A stretch of DNA of 64,000 nucleotides from a virus (lineage: Duplodnaviria > Caudoviricetes): positions 1 through 64,000 of IMG/VR virus record IMGVR_UViG_3300033067_000833; one strand, written 5' to 3'. Shown piece after piece: positions 36,355 to 45,822 of this stretch. Numbering within the stretch: position 1 is the first letter of the stretch; each line of letters begins with the position of its first letter. The position numbers and the translations under genes were made by a program. The notes under the pieces were generated by a model. It did not search any database. It was not told where the DNA came from and saw only the letters and a program-made list of their open reading frames with translations.

Positions 36355-36512
36355 GTTCACCCTGACAAACGACCGGCGCGGAACGCCGCGACGCTCCGAA
36401 TTTGCGGACAACGAGCGGTCGAAACAACTGCTGCTGCTGAGTGGTCTGAACTGCGCCAGCGGCCAGAAGGATCTGTTCCCAGACCTCGACACTTTCCCCA
36501 AGGAGACCTCCG

Positions 36513-37070
36513 ATGCCCAAACCCATCCCGACCGAAGCCGAGATTGACGCTGCGTGGGCAGCCGCCAACAAGATCATCGACGGACTGACGTTCGCCCCCG
36601 AGTTCACCATCGAGGATTACCCGATCGGTGGCGTGAACGCGGGGAACTGCCGGCTTGCCGTCGACTTCAAGAAGGGCCGCGGCTGGCGCACGAACAAGAC
36701 GACCACGAACAAGCACGGCCGCTGGTGCCAGCCCAAGACCAGCGTGTACCAAGCCGAGCCGATCGTCGTCGTGCTTGGCGTCGAGTTCGATGACACGACC
36801 ACCGCGGCGTGGCTCCGAATGGACCAGCGGACTGGCCCGTACCTGCAGATGGCCAACTACGACAACCGGATGCTGTGCGAGCCGCCTTGCTACTTCCGGC
36901 CGCAACGCGAGGACAGCGCGTACGGCATCCGCGTCAACGACGGACCCGAGGAACGCAAGGTGCTGACGGCGGACAACCCGCTGCTGTGCGATGCGTGGGA
37001 CCGCTGGTTCGACGAGTACAAGCGGCTGGTGAAGAGGGTTCTGGCTTTCATCGAAGGGAGCAAGACGTGA
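36513..37070 (+). CDS. hypothetical protein
   Basis: RBS AGGAG; consistent codon usage. Confidence 0.65.
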   Translation: MPKPIPTEAEIDAAWAAANKIIDGLTFAPEFTIEDYPIGGVNAGNCRLAVDFKKGRGWRTNKTTTNKHGRWCQPKTSVYQAEPIVVVLGVEFDDTTTAAWLRMDQRTGPYLQMANYDNRMLCEPPCYFRPQREDSAYGIRVNDGPEERKVLTADNPLLCDAWDRWFDEYKRLVKRVLAFIEGSKT

Positions 37071-37744
37071 AGCTGAGCGAAAAATACAGGCCGAGCCTGC
37101 TCTCCCAGGTCGCCGGCCAGCGTGCCGTGCGGGTGTTGCAGGGCTGGCTGCTGGAGCCCTACCCGGCCTGCTTCTGTCTGGAGGGCGCACCGGGGACCGG
37201 CAAGACGAGCACCGCCTTCGCACTCGCCAACGAGCTTGGCTGCGAAGACGAGTTCTCCGGCCGGGAGGTTGTCATCGGGTCCGAACTGAGCGTTGACGCC
37301 GCCCGGACGCTGTTCCAGCGGACCCTGCGATGTACGCCGCTGCAACCGCTCAAGGTGCCGGCGTGGCATTGCCTGATCATCGAGGAACTGGAACTGGTCT
37401 CGCCTCAGTGCGTGACCTTCCTGAAGGTGGCGCTGGAGACTGGACTGCCAGCCCGCTGCGTCGTGGTCGCCACGAGCAACAACACGGCGAAGCTGCCCCA
37501 GGCCCTGCGTGAGCGGTTCACGCTGCTCTCGTTCGGGTCCGGGGAAGCGTTCGCGAACGAGGCTGGCGACGTGGTGGCCGCCATCTGGGACGCGGAGACC
37601 CACGGGGAACCGCTGCCGGCCGGCTGGCAGTCGTGGGGCTGGGAAGGGGATTCGTATTCGATGCGTGCCGCGCTGGACGCGGTGCAACAGGAACTCTTAC
37701 TGAAGGGAGCGAGACGTGAGCAAGCACACACCGTTACCGTTTAA
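37067..37744 (+). CDS. clamp-loader / RFC-like AAA+ ATPase
   Basis: LSEKYRP..L..V.GQ, GAPGTGKT, IIEELE, ATSN, ALRERF. Confidence 0.8.
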   Translation: MKLSEKYRPSLLSQVAGQRAVRVLQGWLLEPYPACFCLEGAPGTGKTSTAFALANELGCEDEFSGREVVIGSELSVDAARTLFQRTLRCTPLQPLKVPAWHCLIIEELELVSPQCVTFLKVALETGLPARCVVVATSNNTAKLPQALRERFTLLSFGSGEAFANEAGDVVAAIWDAETHGEPLPAGWQSWGWEGDSYSMRAALDAVQQELLLKGARREQAHTVTV

Positions 37745-38025
37745 GGTGGCGCAGACGTTCGTCGAGAACTCGCCGCCGACATGGAACATCTACACGCTGC
37801 GAAACGGCAAGCGGTTCAACGGCGACTGCGTTGCCGTGTGCGACAACCGCGATGACGCAGAGTTCATCGTCCGAGCCTGCAACTGCCATGAGGAACTGGT
37901 GGCGGCGTGTTACGTTGCTCTCGGAGACCTGCTCGCTCAAGGGATGCCGAGGGGATGCAGCACGTTCAACCTGCTGTCGGCCGCCATCGCCAAGGCGGAG
38001 GGCAAGTCCGATGCGTGAAAGCGCA

Positions 38026-38054
38026 TTGGCATCGCAATTCAGTTGTGGTAAAAT
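38026..38054 (+). promoter_or_regulatory. promoter of the HNH cassette
   Basis: TTGGCA-N17-TAAAAT with TG extension, followed by a GCCCCGG hairpin. Confidence 0.6.
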
Positions 38055-38102
38055 GCGAACGCCCCGGTGGGTGCCGGGGCGTCCTAACCACCACTATCTG
38101 GA

Positions 38103-38753
38103 TTGGAGACAGTGATGTCTGAGTCGCATTCTACTGCGCCCGTTGAGTATCGACAAGTTCCCGGTTTTCCGTTGTACCGTGTCGGTGACGATGGATCGGT
38201 CTGGAGCAAGTACAACAACAAGTGGGGCATCCGAGACGAGTGGAAGCGATTGCGTGGGTCGCGTGATCAGTACGGGTATCTCCGTGTCCATCTGCGGCCG
38301 TCAACTCCGCTTCGGTATCGTTACATCCACCACCTAGTGCTGGAACTTTTTGTTGGACCTTGCCCAGATGGATTTCAAAGTTGCCACAAGAACGACGTGA
38401 AGAACGACAATCGCCTGAGCAACTTACGATGGGGAACGCCATCGAGCAACAAGCGCGATGCGTATCGGAATGGCTGCTTGCCACGAGGCGAGCGACACGG
38501 GCACGCAAGGCTGAAAGACGATGACATTCCAGTTATCGTTAGCCTGTTCTTGTCTGGCTTGTCGCCTTACAAGATTTCAAAGAAATACGCAGTTACACAG
38601 TGCCCAATTCACGCCATCATCATTGGCAAGACATGGAAACACATACCACGGGAGACGTTCGATGCGAGATCAAGGGAGGTTACGGGCCGGATACTTCCCG
38701 TGCCCGCCGGAAGCGATACAGGACGCACTGAAGTATCTCCGTCCGAATCCTGA
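38103..38753 (+). CDS. NUMOD4/HNH homing-endonuclease-like protein
   Basis: YRVGDDGSVWS, IHHLVLELFVG, SCHKNDVKNDNRLSNLRWGT..N. Confidence 0.9.
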   Translation: METVMSESHSTAPVEYRQVPGFPLYRVGDDGSVWSKYNNKWGIRDEWKRLRGSRDQYGYLRVHLRPSTPLRYRYIHHLVLELFVGPCPDGFQSCHKNDVKNDNRLSNLRWGTPSSNKRDAYRNGCLPRGERHGHARLKDDDIPVIVSLFLSGLSPYKISKKYAVTQCPIHAIIIGKTWKHIPRETFDARSREVTGRILPVPAGSDTGRTEVSPSES

Positions 38754-39645
38754 CGCCAAAATTCTTGACCCCTGCTGCGGAGAAGGTTTCGCAATCAGGG
38801 ACTTGGCGAACGGCCTGTCGGTTCCGATGGAGAACGTGTACGGAGTCGAGCTTGACGAGGGACGTGGGAACGAAGCCAGAAAGAACTTACCCGGCGCGAC
38901 AATCCTCGCGCCGTGTTCGTTTCATCACACCAAGATGAGTTCTGGTGCGTTCTCATTTGCATTTACGAATAGCCCTTTCGATGACTCGCTCGATTCCGGT
39001 CGCGTTGAACTCGCGTTCTTCGCCCAGATCCCTGCCATGCTGGTCCCTGGCGGCCTGTGCCTGTTCGTCTGCCCCGAGAACGTCGCCAGCCGCTACGACT
39101 TCCGCAAGGCGTGGGCGGTGTACTTCGAGGACGTGGCGTCCTGGCCCTTCCCGGCCGGGCACCGGAAGTTCAACGAGGTCTTCATCCTGGGCCGCAAGCG
39201 GGCGACCCGTGACATGGACCCCTACGTTCCGTCGTTCTACCAGCGAAGGCCGCAAACGGACATGATTGTCCCAAGCAGCATTGGCCCGCGGGTGTTTGAA
39301 AAGACTGCCCTGACAGACCCGGAGTTGGTGGCCGCCGTCGAGTCGAGCCCGCTATACCGTTTTCTGGCCCCGCAGAAGGCCCAGGAATTGCGCAGGCCGC
39401 CGTTGGCTCTCTCGGTAGGTCATCTGGCCCTGCTGCTGTCCTCGGGGCAGCTAGACGGCCTGGTGACGGCACCGAATGGGCAGCGTCACGTCGTCCGTGG
39501 GACGGCACGGAAGCACGAGGAACTGACGGAGGAAACCACGGAATCGGACAAGAATGTCACCAAGACAACAAAGGTGTTCACGGAAAGAATCAAGCTGCTG
39601 GTACGAGCGGTGACGCAGGACGGACTCATTCACACTTTGGAGTAG
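38662..39645 (+). CDS. class I SAM-dependent DNA methyltransferase (DUF6094-like)
   Basis: AGYFPCP, ILDPCCGEG, YGVELD, FTNSPF. Confidence 0.8.
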   Translation: MRDQGRLRAGYFPCPPEAIQDALKYLRPNPDAKILDPCCGEGFAIRDLANGLSVPMENVYGVELDEGRGNEARKNLPGATILAPCSFHHTKMSSGAFSFAFTNSPFDDSLDSGRVELAFFAQIPAMLVPGGLCLFVCPENVASRYDFRKAWAVYFEDVASWPFPAGHRKFNEVFILGRKRATRDMDPYVPSFYQRRPQTDMIVPSSIGPRVFEKTALTDPELVAAVESSPLYRFLAPQKAQELRRPPLALSVGHLALLLSSGQLDGLVTAPNGQRHVVRGTARKHEELTEETTESDKNVTKTTKVFTERIKLLVRAVTQDGLIHTLE

Positions 39646-40078
39646 ATGATCATGTTCAACATCGACAGTTTCAAGATCCTGGTCCATACCGCGCATCACC
39701 CGCAGTTGGACAAGGGAGATCGCTGGCACGACATTGGCGAAGGCCCGTTCGAGAGCCAGCAAGAGGCGACCGACTACGCCAACGCGGAGGTCGGCTTGCC
39801 GTGGATCGTGGTTGACGGCGCCGGGCACCCGGTGGCCTACGGTGACGCCTTTGGACTACAGGGGGACAACACATGACCAAGCAGAAAACCAAAGACGCCC
39901 TGATTGGGCGAACGATCAAGGACGTTCAGTTCGTGACGACAACAGCCGGCAAGGTGCCGTGCCTGTACCTCGACGACGGGACGCAAGTGTACGTGCTGTC
40001 GGACACGGAAGGCAATGAAGCTGGATGCCTTCACGTCTACGGAAAGACAAGAAACGCCAAACTGATTGGAGGCCGTTC

Positions 40079-40933
40079 ATGCTTAGGATTCTGAACTTTG
40101 GGGCAGGCGTGCAATCGTCTTGCATCCTGCTCCGGTCCTGCCTCGGGGAACTCCCGAAGCTCGACCACGCTATCTTCGCGGACACCGGGGACGAACCATC
40201 CTACGTGTACGAATGGATGACAACGGCCAAACTGATCGCAGCAGATTACGGCATCCCGGTTCACGTTGTGGGACGCGGACACTCGCTGTCGGACCATCTG
40301 CGTGAGCGGATACCGGCAGGCCGGAGACTCGACAAGATCCCGGCGTTCTGCCAGACAGGATCTTCCCCTGGGCCGCTGATGCGTGACTGCACCCGCGAGT
40401 ACAAGATCAAGTGCATCGACCGGCATGTCAAGACGCTGCTCGGATTGACCAAGGGAGCGCGCTGGCCAAAGCAGCTGGAGGTCGAGACGTGGATCGGCAT
40501 CAGCAGCGACGAGTACAAGCGGATGAAGTCGTCTCCGTTCATCTGGCAGCGGTTCTGGCACCCGCTGATCGAGAAGCCGTGGGACGGAGAAGTGCGTCCA
40601 GGATGGCTTGACTCTACATGGGACAGAGAAAGGTGCATCAACTGGCTGAACCGGAGAGGGTTCACCGGAATCGGCCGCTCGGCTTGCACGTTCTGTCCGT
40701 TCCGCTCCAACAAGGAGTGGAAGTATCTCAAGGCCAACGACCCGGAAGGATTCGCCAAGGCGTGCGACGTGGATGAGCTTCTGCGGAGTGGTCCTGATGG
40801 TGTGATTCACGGAATGCGGAAGCCACTGTATGTGCATCGAAGCATGAAGCCGTTGCGAGATGAACCGTTCGGGGATCGCAGCGGTCAGATGGACCTTTGG
40901 GACGACGAATGCGCTGGAGTTTGTGGAGTATAA
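40079..40933 (+). CDS. PAPS-reductase-like (adenine nucleotide alpha-hydrolase) protein
   Basis: NFGAGVQS PP-loop variant, FADTG, CTREYKI, IGIS.DE, SACTFCPF. Confidence 0.8.
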   Translation: MLRILNFGAGVQSSCILLRSCLGELPKLDHAIFADTGDEPSYVYEWMTTAKLIAADYGIPVHVVGRGHSLSDHLRERIPAGRRLDKIPAFCQTGSSPGPLMRDCTREYKIKCIDRHVKTLLGLTKGARWPKQLEVETWIGISSDEYKRMKSSPFIWQRFWHPLIEKPWDGEVRPGWLDSTWDRERCINWLNRRGFTGIGRSACTFCPFRSNKEWKYLKANDPEGFAKACDVDELLRSGPDGVIHGMRKPLYVHRSMKPLRDEPFGDRSGQMDLWDDECAGVCGV

Positions 40934-40937
40934 CACG

Positions 40938-41510
40938 ATGACCAACAACATCCGCATGATGCTGAAGTGCTGTACGAAGATCCCGTCCGCCGCTGACGCC
41001 CGCCAGCTGGCCCGCGACTACCGTGCCGGGGACCAGTCCGCCAGGGACAAGCTGATCACCGGGAATCTACCCCTGGTGGTCAAGATGGTCCAAGCGTTCC
41101 GAGTGCCGCTGCAAATGCACGACGACGCCTTCTCCGAGGGCGTGCTGGGGCTGATGCGGGCGGTCGAGGACTACGACCCGGACCATGAGAGCGGGGCGTG
41201 CTTCTGCACGCTGGCCCGCTATTGGGTGATGCAGAAGGTCCAGCGGTTCATGCGCTCCTCCGTGAATCGGTGGCAGCATGAGACGGCCATCGGCGTCGAT
41301 CTGCGCATCGAGATCGAGCATAACTTCACGACCGACGTGGACACGGCGCCGCTGCTGGCGAAGCTGACCAGCAAGGAGCGCAAGACACTGGAGCAGATCA
41401 CGCTTAACGCCACGCTGGTTTCGATTGCCGACGAAATGCAGCTGAGCAAGGAGCGTGTTCGGCAGATCCGCAACCGGGCAATCGAAAAACTCAGGGAGAT
41501 GGTGCGATGA
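40938..41510 (+). CDS. sigma70-family sigma factor (regions 2 and 4)
   Basis: LITGNLPLVVKMV, DDAFSEGVLGLMRAVEDYDP, IADEMQLSKERVRQIRNRAIEKLR. Confidence 0.85.
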   Translation: MTNNIRMMLKCCTKIPSAADARQLARDYRAGDQSARDKLITGNLPLVVKMVQAFRVPLQMHDDAFSEGVLGLMRAVEDYDPDHESGACFCTLARYWVMQKVQRFMRSSVNRWQHETAIGVDLRIEIEHNFTTDVDTAPLLAKLTSKERKTLEQITLNATLVSIADEMQLSKERVRQIRNRAIEKLREMVR

Positions 41511-41829
41511 CGTGGATGAAAGAGAAACCGATTGATCCGAGCAAGTTGCATATCGGATGTTTGAATTGCTCGACTGCGTGCCTTCAGGCTCCGATGGACC
41601 TAGACATCTCAGTTGGATTTGGTTCGTCATATCTGACTCGCGATGGAGAACTTGTGCTCGATGGCGAGCACGACAATCGGCCCGTCACAGTGAAACGGTG
41701 CGAACGGTTAGCGTCGAAAGACCCAGACCATGATTGGCGCATCACTCGTCACGGTCCAATGCACGGTGAGACGTTCCAGCGGCACGGGGTGAAGCAGTGG
41801 GTGTGCATCGAAAGTAATGAGGGATTCGC

Positions 41830-42360
41830 ATGACGACCACCTTCCTCCCCTGCCGCGTGTCCGGCAAGAACCTGAGCATCATGGTCCGGGCCAACATGGC
41901 GGCCGGTGTCAGCAACGTCCTGTACGCCCTGTCGTGCGTCGGGCCGGGGCAGAGCATCCGAGCCGTGGCCGCCGCCATGCGTGCCGGGGACCGGGCCACC
42001 TTCGAGATCCCGCTGTCCACGCAGAGCTACTACCACGGGGACGGCAAGTTCTTCGTCCGGTACGCACGGCTGGCCTACGACCACTGGCATCTGCTGGGAG
42101 TGGCCGACAACCCGGCGTTCATCCTGAACTGCACGGACGAGACGCTGTGGCGGCTGCTGCGCTCGGACAAGTACACCACGCCGCTGCTGAAGTCATGGAC
42201 GCCGGCCATCCGCCAAGCGCTGGTGGAGGTCGGCGGATTGAGGCAAGTACGGGACGCACACGCTTGCGACCCGTGGTTCTGTTACGCGACCGACGAAACG
42301 CTCGACGCCATCGTGGCGGCCGGGGTATCGTCGGGGAAACTCAAGATGGAGGATTCGTAA
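41830..42360 (+). CDS. hypothetical protein
   Basis: ORF in the operon with RBS and consistent codon usage. Confidence 0.55.
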   Translation: MTTTFLPCRVSGKNLSIMVRANMAAGVSNVLYALSCVGPGQSIRAVAAAMRAGDRATFEIPLSTQSYYHGDGKFFVRYARLAYDHWHLLGVADNPAFILNCTDETLWRLLRSDKYTTPLLKSWTPAIRQALVEVGGLRQVRDAHACDPWFCYATDETLDAIVAAGVSSGKLKMEDS

Positions 42361-42865
42361 GATGGCCTGCCCAGTTTGCGACCACACGATGCAGAACCTC
42401 GGACTCGGGACTCGCACCGTGTTCTGGTGTCCCAACTGCGGGACGCTGAAAACGAGGTCAGGGGAGCATGAGGAATCGGAAGCGACTGCGATCATGCGTC
42501 ACGTTGTTCGTGAGGCCAAGATCGGTGGCGTTCCCGGCCTCTTCTACCAGTCTATCGTGAAGTGTTTGTTCAAAGTCGAGAAGGCCGGAAGCGGGCCTCT
42601 CAAAGTTTCTATCCTGGAGATCAAGAAATGACCAGAGACCCCGCCTTTATCCTCGCCAATCTGGTGAACCAGCGGCAAGCAGCCAACTACGGCAGCATCA
42701 TCGAGATCCTGGTTTCCAGGGGCATCGTGACGCTGGAAGAAGTCCGCCGGGCCAGGCTCCGCGCCGAGGCCGCCGTGGACCAAGTGACCGCCGGGGACAA
42801 TGAAGGGCTCGCCCAGAGCGAGGAAGGTGCGATGCTGCTCGAACTGATGGGGAAGGGGGGCGACG

Positions 42866-44974
42866 ATGACGTTTCCGACGAATCTTGACCAGTACATGGA
42901 CCAGTACGCGACGCTGCTAGCCCAGCAGGCCCAGCAGCGGTCCAAGCCCCTGCACACGCCCGGTAAGGACGCTCCGGTCGATCTGTCGCACCTATTGCGG
43001 AAGCCACTGGAGGCCCAGCAGCACGTCATCACGGCGATCTGCAAGGCGTGGGAGCGCGAGAAGGGGATCATGGTCAGCGGGGAAATGGGATGTGGAAAAT
43101 CGTACATGGCAATCGCCGCAGCGGACTACTTTGGACGCCACGAATACCGGGCGATTGTCATGGTCCCGCCGCACCTCACGACCAAATGGGAAAGAGAAAT
43201 CCGCTGCACGCTTCCAAAGGTGGATGTGTATCAGATCCGCTCGTACCGGGACGTGGCGAACCTGAACCCGCTGTACAAGTCCGTGGGGCCGGAGTGGTAC
43301 ATCGTCTCCCAGACCAGGGCGAAGCTCGGCACGTCATGGGCGCCAGTCCTGAAACGCGGGCACTGGCTGAATGGGAAGAAGTACGGGTTCTACGTTTGCC
43401 CAGATTGCCAGACGCCCATCGAAGTGAAACAGCGGGACGGAACCATGCTGCCGGCCGGGCCGGATGACCTGAAGAAGGACAAGCTGTCCTGCGAATCCTG
43501 CGGCGCCGCGCTCTGGCAGTGGACCAACGAGTTTGATCGCTGGCCGGTGGCGGATTATATCCACAAGAAGCTGAACGGGTACTTCGACTTCCTGATCGTG
43601 GATGAAAGTCACCAAGCGAAGTCCGCGGAGTCGGCACACGGAAACGCGGTCGGAGCGCTCGCCGCTTCGTGCAAGCGTGTTCTCTGCGCAACGGGAACGA
43701 CCTTCGGGGGCTATGCGTGGCATCTAAAGCCGACGCTGTTTCGCGTGTCTCCCAATACCATCGTCTCCGAGGGATTCACCTGGGAGGGCGATACCGCGTG
43801 GAACGAAGCCTATAGCCGGATCGAAACGAAGGTAGTCGAGTCCGAGAAGAAAGGCGGACACCGCGATTACAACGGCAACTGGAACTCGTACTCGATGGGC
43901 AAGACCGCCCGCAAGAGCAAGAGCGTCAAACCTGGCGTCATGCCAACCCTGTTCGGCCGCCACATGATCGGCAACACGGTGTTCCTGTCGCTGGATGAGG
44001 TCGCCGAAAACCTGCCGACCCTGGATGAATCCGTGGTCGAGGTCGCAATGGACTCCGAGCAGCGCGCGGCCTACAGCGAGACCGAGCACGCCCTGCGGGA
44101 CGCCATCAAGACGATGCTCGCCAAGGGGGACAAGCGGCTGCTGTCTCGGATGCTGAACACGCTGCTTGGGTACTGCGATCATCCGTGGGGCTGGGGCGAG
44201 ATCGGGTACTATGAACGGGACGATGGGTGCGGCGGAGGACAGCGATGGCAGCACGTTGTCACACCAGAGGAGCTTGACCCAAAGGTGATCCGACCGAAGG
44301 AGCAGGCCCTGATCGACTTCTGCAAGGCCGAGCGCGAGGAAGGCCGCAAGGTCTGGATTTACTCCGTGATGACTGACAAGCGTGACGTGGTGGGCCGCGT
44401 CTCGGACGTGCTGGCAAAGGCCGGACTCCGGGTGGCGACACTCCGGTCCTCGGTCGAGACCACCAAGCGGGAAGCGTGGATGGCGGAGCACTGCCCCGGC
44501 GCCGACGCCATCGTGAGCCATCCGCAGCTGGTCGAGACCGGACTCGACTTCTTCGACCGGGAGAAGACGTACAACGTGGCCTCGGTGGTGTTCTACCAAA
44601 CAGGTTACGCCCTGTTCACGCTGCGACAGGCGGCTCGCCGGGCGTGGCGAATCGGGCAGGATCAGGAGTGCCGCGTCCGGTACTTCTACTACCAGGACAC
44701 CATGCAGGCTCGGGCCATGACGCTGATGGGCAAGAAGCTCTCAGCCTCACAGTCGATGGAAGGCAAGTTCAGCATGGAAGGGCTGGCTGCCCTGGCCGGG
44801 GACGAGGGCTCGATCGAAACGGCGATGGCACGGAGCCTCGTCACGTCGCTCGGTGAAGACCTCGACGTGGGCCGGGCGTGGCGTAAGGTGGGGCAGAAAC
44901 GGGAACGAAAGCTGAACGCCGTCGAACAACGGTTCATGGCGGCGATGAAGCGGAAACAGATGGTGCTGTTTTGA
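42866..44974 (+). CDS. SNF2/SF2-like helicase
   Basis: GEMGCGKS, IVDESH, CATGT, LVETGLD, QAARRAWRIGQ. Confidence 0.9.
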   Translation: MTFPTNLDQYMDQYATLLAQQAQQRSKPLHTPGKDAPVDLSHLLRKPLEAQQHVITAICKAWEREKGIMVSGEMGCGKSYMAIAAADYFGRHEYRAIVMVPPHLTTKWEREIRCTLPKVDVYQIRSYRDVANLNPLYKSVGPEWYIVSQTRAKLGTSWAPVLKRGHWLNGKKYGFYVCPDCQTPIEVKQRDGTMLPAGPDDLKKDKLSCESCGAALWQWTNEFDRWPVADYIHKKLNGYFDFLIVDESHQAKSAESAHGNAVGALAASCKRVLCATGTTFGGYAWHLKPTLFRVSPNTIVSEGFTWEGDTAWNEAYSRIETKVVESEKKGGHRDYNGNWNSYSMGKTARKSKSVKPGVMPTLFGRHMIGNTVFLSLDEVAENLPTLDESVVEVAMDSEQRAAYSETEHALRDAIKTMLAKGDKRLLSRMLNTLLGYCDHPWGWGEIGYYERDDGCGGGQRWQHVVTPEELDPKVIRPKEQALIDFCKAEREEGRKVWIYSVMTDKRDVVGRVSDVLAKAGLRVATLRSSVETTKREAWMAEHCPGADAIVSHPQLVETGLDFFDREKTYNVASVVFYQTGYALFTLRQAARRAWRIGQDQECRVRYFYYQDTMQARAMTLMGKKLSASQSMEGKFSMEGLAALAGDEGSIETAMARSLVTSLGEDLDVGRAWRKVGQKRERKLNAVEQRFMAAMKRKQMVLF

Positions 44975-45299
44975 ATTGGTGGAACGACGCATCTCAAAGA
45001 GCAGCCGCTAGGTATTACAGACAATACATCCTAGATTTCGAACAGAGCGTCAAACCGCATATCCGAGAATCATGGCTCAATGACAGAGGCAGGCATGCAG
45101 TCGCAAAAACATTGCACGCCAAGGCGTTTGTTGATGTTCACAAAGGAAAGGGAGTGATGTTTGCGTTCGCGATGATAATGCTGGATGATCCGTCTCTGGC
45201 AGCTTCATTCGCCAACGAGGCATCGTCGTACTGTGAACTGTTCGATAGTTGCAAGGCAGCGTTGATCTTGAAAGGAGACTTCTGACAAGAAACAAAAAT

Positions 45300-45327
45300 G
45301 CCCCGGTGGCGTCCGAACCACCGGGGC
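45300..45327 (-). terminator. intrinsic terminator between convergent units
   Basis: GCCCCGGTGG-N8-CCACCGGGGC with a T-tract on the minus strand. Confidence 0.75.
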
Positions 45328-45354
45328 GGATGAAACAGCCGGAATGAATCCGTC

Positions 45355-45816
45355 CTACTCCTCGTCGTCTCCTTCCATGTCGGCGTCGTCACCGTCGTCG
45401 GCGTCCTGCTCTCCCTTCGACTTCCGGCCGCGTTTTCCCTCGGGCAACTCGTCGATCTTCGTCACGATCAGCTTGCCGGCCTTGTTGGCGAAGTGGCTGA
45501 ACTCGCCGTCGTCCAAGTCCACGGCCATGACGTTCAGCGTCACGCTGTACGCCTTCCGCTTGACGCCAATGCCCTTGCACTCGAACACCAGCGTCATGTC
45601 CGGCTTTACGTCGTCCATGCCGGGCAGCGGCTTCTGATCCGCGTCCCCGCCTCCGGTCGCCACGATGCGACACTTCAACCGGCGCGCCACAAATAACTCG
45701 ATCGCCGCCTCTGGCAAGATCGCGTCACGGGCAATACTGACGCCGACGCTGGCGACTTCACCGCCGAACGAAACCTTGCCGAACTTCACTCCCAGATTCG
45801 CTAACTGCTTGGCCAT
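45355..45816 (-). CDS. hypothetical protein with acidic tail
   Basis: ORF in the leftward operon. Confidence 0.65.
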   Translation of the reverse strand: MAKQLANLGVKFGKVSFGGEVASVGVSIARDAILPEAAIELFVARRLKCRIVATGGGDADQKPLPGMDDVKPDMTLVFECKGIGVKRKAYSVTLNVMAVDLDDGEFSHFANKAGKLIVTKIDELPEGKRGRKSKGEQDADDGDDADMEGDDEE

Positions 45817-45822
45817 CTCTGG

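Larger units (their letters stand above)
26961..36406. repeat. five dispersed copies of CGGARCG-N7-GCYCCGA
   Basis: 26961-26985 (-), 27618-27642, 28471-28499, 30322-30350, 36377-36406; the spacer is exactly 7 nt in all five. Confidence 0.85.

Noticed and set aside
38040-38753. Group I intron housing the HNH gene
   Set aside because: Only about 60 nt upstream, and the ORF overlaps the next gene, leaving no room for a catalytic core.
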